A stretch of 64,000 bases of DNA from Pelagomonas calceolata (taxonomy: Eukaryota): contig CAKKNE010000001.1 of assembly GCA_918797485.1 (NCBI GenBank), forward strand, positions 3,782,001 to 3,846,000, in the 5' to 3' direction. A program made the position numbers and the translations under genes. The notes beneath the pieces are model-generated. The model did no database searches, was not told where the DNA came from, and worked only from the letters and a program-made list of their open reading frames with translations. The first letter of the stretch is position 1; each line of letters begins with the position of its first letter. Shown here piece after piece: positions 55,245-64,000 of this stretch.

Positions 55245-55811
55245 CATAAAAGGTGGTGTCGCGAAGATGACGAATCGCGAGGCTCTAACGGAATATCTAA
55301 AATAGCTCAGTGGGCGCTGATGCGGGTTAGATGGCCTCTACCACTAACAAACGGAAGGAAACGAACATAAACTCGGGAGTTGTCTAGTAGAATTCTTCTC
55401 CCGCCCTCCGAGCGCGGGCCGTCGGCTCCGGTTCCGTCGAGTGTGCATGAAAACTGGGCTGGAGTTGATATAATGTCCCATCTGGACGGTAGATGGCGGC
55501 GTCAATCGCTGGTGTACTTTGGCAAGCCTTAAGACTCATCCGCGAATGTCGCGGGCGGTGCCTTCCGGGAGGCGCGAGGATATATTCCCGGGCCACTATT
55601 CTGAAATATTTGGTCTCGGCGAACGACTAGGATGTATTCTGAATTTGGGTCATTCTTTTGACGCCATCGAGGCGTATCTTTAAATTTACTAGTGTGTCGA
55701 TATACGCTAGCTCGGTTTGGAGAGAAGGAATCTCGTACCCGGTACATGGGACTACTCCGGGCGCTCGCGCATCACCCAGCGCCGCCGACGCGCCATATAA
55801 GAGAACAGAAT

Positions 55812-56306
55812 TTAGAACCCCTCCTCGGTCCCTTCCACGGGCACGCGGCCGTACGCCTCGCCGACGGCCAACTTGTCGATGATGTTCTGCTGCTCGGCCT
55901 CCACTTGCCGTAACGACTTCACCTGGGCCTCGACGCGCGCCAAATCGGCCTCGCGCTCCGCCACCAAGGCCTGCAAAGCCCTCCTTTTTTGATCGCGGTT
56001 CTCCCGCTCCGTAATCACTCTATTCCGCATGCCGATGGCTCTTAATTTGGCCTGCTCGATCCTTTTGGCGTTGGCGTCGAGGACCTCCACAATCCCATCC
56101 ATGAGGCCGCCGAACTCCTGATTTTTTTTGACGAAGTCGTTCGCGGCACTACCGAGCTCCTCCGTGTGCGCGAACTTGTCCACGTCGAGCACGCGGATGC
56201 GGTTCTGATCATCAAAAGAGACGGTGACCTGCGGGGGTTCGTGTCGGTGGCGTCACGTCGACGGCGTGCGGGGGCAGCCAAGGGAGGGTCTACGCACATC
56301 GTCCAT
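55812..56306 (-). CDS. IFT20: Intraflagellar transport protein 20; intron 56229-56297
   Basis: MDD|VTVSFDDQNRIRVLD, IEQAKLRAIGMRN, SLRQVEAEQQNIIDKL. Confidence 0.92.
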
Positions 56307-56812
56307 GGTGCCCGCCGGGCAGCCACGGCTCTTAGGCTAGGAGAGAGGGCTTCCACTTCCTCGTCTGTCGGGCAGCTGGCACGGCTAAGCCAGTACAGAG
56401 CGCGGTCTCTCGTCCGGTAGCGGCGCCTTAAATTCGTGCGTGCGGGTCTTGCGCACCGAAGGGCACAGCCATGCACTACCGGGAAAACGTCGGCCGATCG
56501 AGCCGTCGGCGCGACGCTTCGATGTTTGCTAGTGTCTTACAGGCCCGCTAGCCCATTATCGATGATCATTGCCCTTGTCCAGACGCCTAAAAAGCCTGCA
56601 ATATACACGTATATTGCACTCACTGAGCAGCATCGCTGCGGCATTTGACGGCTTCACGAAAAGCGCTGTCGTTTTACATCGATACGGCACTGCAGGCCCA
56701 GCTGCCTGCTGCAAGGCGCTGACGCGCAGCCATAAACGCATCGCCATACCTAACAGCTGTGACCTCACTGCAGAGGCGACAGCGACGCCGACGCGCAGCA
56801 AAAAAACGCATC

Positions 56813-57862
56813 ATGGCCGCCCTGGACGAACCGCGTATGGCGCACCTGCCCCTCGAGCCGCCGACGCGGTTCCTGCAAGCGAATGAAGCCGTCGGAGAAC
56901 GCGTCGCGTTGGCGAGCTACCCGCGGTCCGGCAATTCATTACTACGAAAGCTCGTGGAGCAGGCGACGGGCGTCATCACGGGCGCCGACACATTACCCGA
57001 GAGAACACTGTCGCAAGCGCTACAAAGGTGCGGCGCGCGGGGCGAGGGCGTTATTGATGAGCGCGTCTGGCTCGTGAAGACGCACTATCCGGAGCGAAGG
57101 GGCTACGCCGAAATTGGTGTGGACCGAGCCATTTTGTTAGTGAGAAATCCCTGGGACGCGATCGACTCGTATTTTAACATGGCGTTGACCAATGACCACG
57201 CGACGTCGCTGCGGGACGACCAGTATCAGAGATTTGAGGATCTGTGGCGGGAGCTGACGGCGGCGGAGGCCGGCGTCTGGGCGCGGTTTAACCGGTGGTG
57301 GCTGCAGGCGCCCGTGCCTTTACTCGTGGTGCGCTACGAGGACCTCGTAAATCACCGCCACCGCACGTTGAAGAGGGTGGCCTGGTTTTTGAGGGGGGAG
57401 CGCGAACTGGAAGGGACGCCTTGGTCTGATAGAGTCGAGGCCGCATCGAACCTGGACGATGCAAAGGCTTCATACTATGTGCCGCGCGAACCCGGGAAGC
57501 TGCCGGGCGCTTCACTACGCCATTTCGACGACGAGGCGAGACAAAAGGTGGCCGAGGCCGCCGGGAGTCTGTTGAATGATTTTGGCTACGGCGACCGCTT
57601 CCCGGCGGACACGACGGTGGCGCCGCGCGCCGTGCGCCGGCCCGTGCCTCCCGGTGACCCCGCGCGCCACGACGTCGTCGAGGGTAGACTCGTGCTGAAC
57701 GGGGGCCGCGAGGTCCGGCCCACGTCGTCGAAGCACGGGCGCTACATGACGACCTTCCGCAAGGCGCTGCGCGAGCCCGTGATGGCGGCCGACGGGACGT
57801 GCCTGAACATGCACGAGGTCGAGGCGGCGCGGGAGCGGTGGCGGCGGAAGGGCCGCTCGTGA
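56813..57862 (+). CDS. Sulfotransferase family protein
   Basis: 5'-PSB LASYPRSGNSLLR, VKTHYP, 3'-PB LLVRNPWDAIDS, VRYEDL. Confidence 0.88.
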   Translation: MAALDEPRMAHLPLEPPTRFLQANEAVGERVALASYPRSGNSLLRKLVEQATGVITGADTLPERTLSQALQRCGARGEGVIDERVWLVKTHYPERRGYAEIGVDRAILLVRNPWDAIDSYFNMALTNDHATSLRDDQYQRFEDLWRELTAAEAGVWARFNRWWLQAPVPLLVVRYEDLVNHRHRTLKRVAWFLRGERELEGTPWSDRVEAASNLDDAKASYYVPREPGKLPGASLRHFDDEARQKVAEAAGSLLNDFGYGDRFPADTTVAPRAVRRPVPPGDPARHDVVEGRLVLNGGREVRPTSSKHGRYMTTFRKALREPVMAADGTCLNMHEVEAARERWRRKGRS

Positions 57863-57873
57863 TAATACAGTTG

Positions 57874-58219
57874 TTAATGTACACATTCGTCCACGACGTC
57901 CCGCGTCAGCGCGGCCGCGAGCGAGTTCATGGGCAGCAGCTGGAACGGCTGTTCGAGCTCGAGGCCGATCTGGTCGATGCCGACCATGACCTGTGTTTGT
58001 CGCGTCGGTGGCGTGGGGGGCGTGAAGTTTGATTTCCACACAGACCATGACGTAGCTTGTCCCGAGTGTCGCGAGGGCCACTGCCGGGAGGGCGAGACCG
58101 AGGCTCTCCAGGCCCAGGGGGACGCACGCCAACCATGACAGCAACACGCGACTGGTATGTCGCGTTATTGTCGGCGGCACAGGACTCGCCAAGAGCCGCT
58201 CACAAACACCTATCTGGGC
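57874..58219 (-). pseudogene. Second, synonymously recoded copy of the bestrophin 3' end (with introner 57991-58051)
   Basis: Encodes AQIGVCERLL...TRDV identical to the gene at 62608-63874, ending VDECVH*. Confidence 0.85.
57991..58051 (-). mobile_element. Introner-type TIR element (53 bp) forming a 61-nt phase-0 GT-AG intron
   Basis: Perfect TSD ACCATGAC (57983-57990, 58044-58051); one intact TIR (GATTTCCACACAG on +); empty site at 62720-62727. Confidence 0.92.
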
Positions 58220-59123
58220 GGACTAAGCGGGTGGCGGACTAGCGCCTGTAAGACACTAGCCAAGCGCCAGCCACACCGTGCTAGTTGCCGCTGCTCTGCC
58301 ATATCTCGCAGCGTTTTTCGTTCGTTGACCAGCGCATAACTCATTTTCGTCCGGCTCCGCAACGCAGCCGGCCGCGCGGCACGCGTGCACGCACACCTGC
58401 TTAAAACACAACGCTGCTCTCTGGGTCGGACAAATCACTCGCGGCGCGCGCCCCCGCGAGACACCTGCACCGCGCCGCGAAACAACCGCCCAGCAACATA
58501 TCGCTGCCTCGCAGGATTACACAAACGGACGAGCCACACCGCGCCCGCGCCATCTGGTAGCACCGGCCGTCGCCGTGTTACCCCTGGGCGGCGTGCCTCA
58601 CTACCTCCACCACATCTCCATCACCGCCAAGCCCGAGCGTCGGACGATGCCCCGACGGTACACGCACACGGCGCTCCGATCACCACGAAACCCAGGCGCA
58701 TGGGTCTGTGGACCTTTTCTCAGACAGGTGTCGGGGGAAAACCCGGGCGAAAGCCCATCTACTAGTACACAAATTCGAACGAAGAAGTTAAGCGCGTCGG
58801 GCGCCTAAATGCGCGGCCGCCTCGTGCGTCGTCGCGAGCAGGCCTCATCGCTCTGCGTGCACGGCCCGCCTAGGAGCATCAGGTGGGCCGAACTCGTTTG
58901 CGGCGCTTCTCCGCCGCGCCGACTATTCGTCGGCGCGGCGGCGACACGGCTCCCTCGTACGATTCATCGGTGCGGCGGAGGACGCCGCGCGTCCACCGAA
59001 ACCGCCGCGGAACTCGTACTGTGGTCGAGGGGAGGGCATCGATTGTAACGTCTCCCGGCGGCACGGCCGCGCCGGGCTCTTGGATCCACCACGTCGGCGT
59101 TCTCAACGCCGACCGGGTCTTGA

Positions 59124-59359
59124 TGCGACGCCGCCGCGCCTCAGAAGAAAGACGCGACGGCGCCGCGGGTAATGCGACGCCGCCGCGCCTCAAGAAGAGA
59201 CGCGACGGCGCAGCGGGTGCGACGCCGCCGCGCCTCAGAAGAGACGCGACGGCGCCGCGGGTGGTGCGACGCCGCCGCGCCTCAAGAAGAGACGCGACGG
59301 CGCCGCGGGTGGTGCGACGCCGCCGCGCCTCAGAAGAGACGCGACGGCGCCGCGGGTGG
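59124..59359. repeat. Minisatellite, ~46-49 bp unit, about 5 copies
   Basis: Unit tgcgacgccgccgcgcctcagaagagacgcgacggcgccgcgggtgg repeated with small indels. Confidence 0.92.
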
Positions 59360-59501
59360 ATGTGTCGGTCGTAGTTTCCGACTCTATTGCCTCGACATGC
59401 CGAGGTTGTTGTGTGGGCTTCGTGACGAAGGCGCACTTTATGGTCAATTCGCGAAGTAGTATTCCGTTCCGAAATGCGATGTGATATCTATGGGAAACAA
59501 T

Positions 59502-61211
59502 TCAGGGCTCGGGCATGATCTCGGGCTTCCACGGGTTCTGGTCGGTCTCTAACAAAGGCCAGCGCGGCCAGCACCAGCAGTACGCGTAATAGGTTCCTGA
59601 AGTACTAGCTCGTAAATAATTGAGACTATCTCCATTCTGAATCAGGCTCAAATGATGCAAGGTGAACTTCTTCTCGAAGACACAGTTCTTGTCTCGCAAC
59701 TTGTTCATCGCGTTTAGTGATATCACCATCGTGCGAACCATTTTAGTATGATCGTTTGCTTCTACATTTGGCATCTCGAGAGGGCTGCTTGGAAAACATG
59801 TGAGGGCTTCCCTTTTAACAATATTGCGGGCTAACTTGAAAGCAGGCTCATTAACTCGGCCAATGTCAATTGCAGTTTGCACATGTTCTAGTAGTACGTC
59901 TTTCTCGTCCAGGCCATAGACCTTGTCTGATACTTGGCAGAGTGACGTGTGGATGAGCTTAGACCCATCTTTTGGCGACTTGGATTCATCAATAAACAGA
60001 AACACATTACCTTGCTTCAGATACTCTTCGACAGAGAGGGCCGTGGTGGGTGTGTAATTTGCATCGGCAGACGCTGCGGCGTGGGCCTCATCGAGGTATC
60101 TCTGGATCTCACTGCGGCTCGGCTCCCTCACACTAAACCCTATCTCCCCGTCATTTTCGCTCGATCCTCGGCAAGCTGCGACGAAGCTCAACACCAATTG
60201 GGATGCTTCCGCCGCCTCTTTCTCAGAGGTCACTATCTCCTCATTGAGGTAGTCTTCAATGGCTTTCCGCGCCGTTCGACAACAGGTCACTTGTAAAGTG
60301 TTACCGTCATAAAGAGCTACATAACTGGCCGCTGTCTTTTGGATTCTTGCTACCGTTTTAGCATATCTATCTCCAAAGTCGATAATGCCACGCCCCTTGC
60401 GTACTTGCCCCTTGGTGCGCGGAGCACTAGCAAGCATTAAGTTAGCCCATGCGTTCAAGTGGGGTTCGTCGGGACCAAATGGCAGAGTACGGGCTTTAAC
60501 CAATTTTTCTAGACCTTTCGCATACTTTGTCTTGCCAGTATCACTCATGCTCTCAAAACCAGTGGAAATTATAGAACAGGCGTATCGATCAGTTAAAGCC
60601 ATGCACGTTTTTTGCTTGGCTGGATCGAGGTTTGATGAATTAGAATCAAAGTGAGCCTTCCGAAAAGCGTTGAGTTCGTCCAGCCTTCTCATTATATCCG
60701 CGTGTTTGCTTTCGAATTTTGCATGGGGTGAGGTTGACAGACTCTTCATAAGCTGACCGCCCACTTTTGACATGGCGAATAAAGCTCGATTCACGCCATC
60801 GTCGGTGGACGGGCTTGTGAGCGCGAGCTGCCGCTGCGCGGGCGCGTGGACCAGGCGCCGGGCCGCGGGCTGCGGCGGCGCGCGCGGCGTGGGCGCGGCC
60901 CGGCGCGGTGCGGCCGCGGGCCTCGGCGCGGGCCTTGACGCGGGCGGCACGGGCGCCGGCGGCGCGGGCATGGCCGGGCGCCGCGGCGCGGGCGGCGCGG
61001 GCGCCGCGGGCGGCGCGGGCGGCGCGGGCGGCGCGGGCGGCGCGGGCGCGGCCTCAGGCCGCTGCGTGGCCGCGGGCCGCGGGCGCGGCGCCGGCGGCAC
61101 GGGCGCGGGCGGCGCGGCCTTCTTGGCGGACGGCTGCGTCTGCGGCGGCGCCGCGGCGCGCTTCTTCGCGGGCGCCTTCGCGGGCTTCTTGAAGAACTGT
61201 CTGACGTCCAT
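59502..61211 (-). CDS. Orphan protein: Pro/Ala-rich N-terminus plus ~430-aa unknown domain
   Basis: Uninterrupted 569-aa ORF; 3' two-thirds clearly lower in GC than host genes; no family recognised. Confidence 0.65.
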   Translation of the reverse strand: MDVRQFFKKPAKAPAKKRAAAPPQTQPSAKKAAPPAPVPPAPRPRPAATQRPEAAPAPPAPPAPPAPPAAPAPPAPRRPAMPAPPAPVPPASRPAPRPAAAPRRAAPTPRAPPQPAARRLVHAPAQRQLALTSPSTDDGVNRALFAMSKVGGQLMKSLSTSPHAKFESKHADIMRRLDELNAFRKAHFDSNSSNLDPAKQKTCMALTDRYACSIISTGFESMSDTGKTKYAKGLEKLVKARTLPFGPDEPHLNAWANLMLASAPRTKGQVRKGRGIIDFGDRYAKTVARIQKTAASYVALYDGNTLQVTCCRTARKAIEDYLNEEIVTSEKEAAEASQLVLSFVAACRGSSENDGEIGFSVREPSRSEIQRYLDEAHAAASADANYTPTTALSVEEYLKQGNVFLFIDESKSPKDGSKLIHTSLCQVSDKVYGLDEKDVLLEHVQTAIDIGRVNEPAFKLARNIVKREALTCFPSSPLEMPNVEANDHTKMVRTMVISLNAMNKLRDKNCVFEKKFTLHHLSLIQNGDSLNYLRASTSGTYYAYCWCWPRWPLLETDQNPWKPEIMPEP

Positions 61212-62518
61212 CTGATGGCTCTGCGGCGCGGCCTGGAGTAGGTAAGTTAGGGCGCGGCGGCGGCGCGGCGTCCTGCCGGCAAGCCTGCGTGGTCGACGAC
61301 TTCGAGACGCGCCGCGGCGGAGGCGAAGAGTGCCCGATGCGACTTTCGAGCGCGCGCGCCGTCACGACGCGATGCGGCTCGCGTGGGCCGACTGCGCGGC
61401 GGCGCCGCGCGCCCAGCGGCGCGGCATCTCATAAAATGCGACGACTCGCCGGATCGGGTCGAAAATTGCGCGTCTTGACCGCGCCGCGTCTCTCGGCCGC
61501 GCGGCCGCCTCTCGGCCGCCGCGCGAGCGCGCGAGCGCGAATTTGGGGCGGCCGCTGGACCCGCCGATGCCTCGGGGATCGCCCGCGCCGCGCGGCGCTC
61601 TCATGCGCGCCGCGCCGCGCCGCGCCGCGGCCCGCTGGTAACTTGTTTTGTTTGAACATGGTGTCTCTGTTTGTGGTGCCCAAGCGCGATCGCGGCGCGG
61701 GGCGAAGGCGTGAAGGCGCCAGGAAGCGCCCTTAGGACGCAGGAGTGCACCGCTATGCGAGCGGGCGACCACGCGAGCGACGGGCGCTCTACACAGCACG
61801 ACAAAGTGCGAGTCCAATCCAGCTCACCTTCCGGGTTCGCATATTTTTCTTCGGTCTATATCGGCTCGGGGACCAAGGTCAGGACTAGGAGGTCTCCTGC
61901 TAGAGCTGGGGACAGGTAAGGGGCATCTGTCGCGAAATCCCTCAAGTGACACGGCTCTCCGCGGGCGGAGCTTCTCCAAAAGTTCCTTCGCGACACCTAG
62001 CGGGATCCCATGTTACGGAGCGGGGTCATGGCCTCAGATGACGGTCCTCAACGATAGCAGATGCCGCGAACGTGGCGGAGGGCGCCACACGGCTTGAGCG
62101 GTGTCTGACGTCAAGGCGTGGCGTCGAGGCCCGTGCGACTCATCAAGTCAAGCAGTGGACGCGGACGCGCGTGCCCGGGTAGATAGAAGTGACGTAAGAC
62201 CAAAAGCGCTTGAAACGATGGCCCTCAGGCCGCTGCAAATGGACGTTTGGTCCGGGGGTCTCGCGGAAAGTGCTCTGACGGGCCACCGCGAGGCTTCGAT
62301 GCGAAATGGAGGGACGCAGGGCCTCAACAACTTCAATCTACCTGGACCAAACGCTAGAGCGCGAGGATTGACCGCTGAGATGTCTCCGTGGCTAGTTTCG
62401 GAAGCGCGCTTCCGAATATCGAGCCATCGCCTGGAGCGCGCCCGGGACCATTGGGGAGCGCTTGACACGACTCAGTAACACTCCCTAGCGGGTATTTACT
62501 TCATAGACGACGTGCCCG

Positions 62519-62572
62519 GCCGATTTGCGCGTTTAACGAATGGACCTGCGTCAGGAGCGAGAGATGCGCCTG
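62519..62572 (-). repeat. Short duplicated bestrophin exon fragment (QAHLSLLTQVHSLNAQIG) lacking the introner
   Basis: Matches ~63083-63124 plus 62981-62992 with mostly synonymous changes; single ATTTGCGC at 62523-62530. Confidence 0.85.
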
Positions 62573-62607
62573 GGAACGGTGGCGGCGGGCTCGTGATAAT
62601 ACAGTTG

Positions 62608-63874
62608 TTAATGTACACAGAGCTCGTCGCAAACGTCACGCGTCAGCGCCGCCGCGAGGGAGTTCATGGGCAGCAGCTGGAACGGCTGTTCGAGCTCGAG
62701 GCCAATCTGGTCGATGCCGACCATGACGTAGCTCGTCCCGAGCGTCGCCAGCGCCACCGCCGGGAGGGCGAGGCCGAGGGACTCGAGTCCGAGAGGCACG
62801 CACGCGAGCCCTGCGTCGCGTCGATGGCGTAAGGTGGCGTAGATCCGGCGTCACGCCATCGCCGCGACCGTCGAATCGAAGGCATCTCGGAGGACGCCGC
62901 AACGCGCAGGACAACAACACGCGCGACGTGTGTCGAGTGATCGTCGGCGGCACGGGACTCGCCAGCAACCGCTCGCACACGCCGATTTGCGCCTGTGTAG
63001 AAATCAAATTTCGCGGCTGAATCATCGCGTCGACCTCCACGCCATCGACGCAATGTCTGCTCGTTTCTACACAGATTTGCGCATTGAGGCTGTGGAGCTG
63101 CGTCAGGAGCGAGAGGTGCGCCTGCGCATCGAGCCGCCCCGCGGCCACCTCCTCGGCGACGACAGCGTGGGCGCCGCGCAGCAAGGCGACCGGTCGCTTC
63201 CGCGCCGCGAGCACCGTCTCCGCCGTCGCCGGCGGCAGCATCGTGCTCACTACATCTGAATCGTCCTCGCCGGCCCGCAAGCTCGCCTTCAGGCACCACC
63301 CGAGCACTGCTAAATGTCGGCAAATCGCCTCGGCGGGCGCGGCGGCGCAGTACGTCGCCGCTAGACCCGCAGTCTCTCGCGCGTGCAGCACGAGCCGGCC
63401 CCACGCGAGTCTAGATTCCTGGAGGCGCAGGAGAGAAAGATTCATTCGCAGCGTCAGAAGCAGCGCGACGGCCGAGCTGATCAGCGTGAGGGGCGCGAGC
63501 GGCGCAGAAAAGTTTGGGAAATACCGAATGCGCAGCGCGTGCGCCAAGCAGGACCAGAGCGAGAACGCGACGCAGACCGGCAGCACGAGGCGGGCCGTCG
63601 TGCTCCGCGGCCACTTGCGCAAATGTCTCCAGTAGCGGCCGACCTTCTGATGTCGAGCCCACGTCTCGAGATCCCAGAGGCGGCTGATTGTCGACTCTCC
63701 CGGCGACACTAATTCTGAGCGAGAGGTGTCGACGCGTCGTAGGTCGAGCACGGCATCGGCATCGGTGCGGAGCGACGACTTGAGACGCGTCGGCAAGCGT
63801 TGCGGTGTGCGAGGGAGCAGCCCTGCTGCACTTCTCAAGAGCAGTGCTAGAGGTAGCGAACGAGTACTAGGCAT
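62608..63874 (-). CDS. Bestrophin-like (UPF0187) channel, plastid-targeted; introns 62993-63082 and 62811-62907 (both GC-AG)
   Basis: ALLLTLRMN.S..R.QESRLAWG, CERLLASPVPPTITRHTSR, GIDQIGLELEQPF..LPM; bipartite leader; intron positions supported by the intron-less duplicate segments. Confidence 0.9.
62993..63082 (-). mobile_element. Introner-type TIR element (82 bp) forming a 90-nt phase-0 GC-AG intron
   Basis: Perfect TSD ATTTGCGC (62985-62992, 63075-63082); perfect 11-bp TIR CTGTGTAGAAA...TTTCTACACAG. Confidence 0.93.
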
Positions 63875-64000
63875 AATGAAGATCTTTTTTATAGACCTCT
63901 CCACGAGAATTAATGACGCCTAGCGAACCAAGAATGCTTGCATCATCTGACAAAGTGTGTTGCCGTATAATCAACTAGCGTGATCGACACACTAGCACCA

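Noticed and set aside
59124..59359. Possible CRISPR array
   Set aside because: Units are contiguous with no unique spacers, there are no cas genes and the context is eukaryotic; it is a minisatellite.
59502..61211. Orphan ORF as the introner transposase
   Set aside because: No recognisable DDE, hAT dimerisation or BED motifs, and no introner TIRs flank it; left as unknown.

Overview
Gene-dense, GC-rich eukaryotic nuclear DNA, most consistent with a pelagophyte stramenopile alga (Pelagomonas/Aureococcus-like; inferred from bipartite plastid-targeting leaders, a nuclear sigma-70, flagellar genes, short GT/GC-AG introns and introner-type elements). About 40 protein-coding genes or fragments are present, including a plastid sigma factor, WDR78, N-acetylneuraminate lyase, HslU, a multi-reader chromatin protein, a CAMKK-PP2C fusion, TerC, tandem parvulin, CysE, ARPC3, a mitochondrial carrier, MetY, MSH2, REV7, APC5, TIM13, IFT20, a sulfotransferase and a bestrophin. 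Main observations: (1) four copies of a small TIR element (CTGTGTRGAAATC...GATTTCYACACAG) with 8-bp target-site duplications act as precisely excisable phase-0 introns, with filled and empty sites visible in the window; (2) the bestrophin 3' end is present twice, heavily recoded at synonymous sites but with 88 identical residues, and the second copy is split by a 4.3-kb island with an orphan ORF at the same codons where the first copy has an introner; (3) a bipartite CTAG-bounded 22-25 bp motif (GCTAGTGTCTTAC-N3-5-CGCTAGC) recurs more than a dozen times in upstream/divergent intergenic DNA; (4) several orphan 3' gene tails and a probable reverse-transcriptase relic. All calls are by eye, without database searches.
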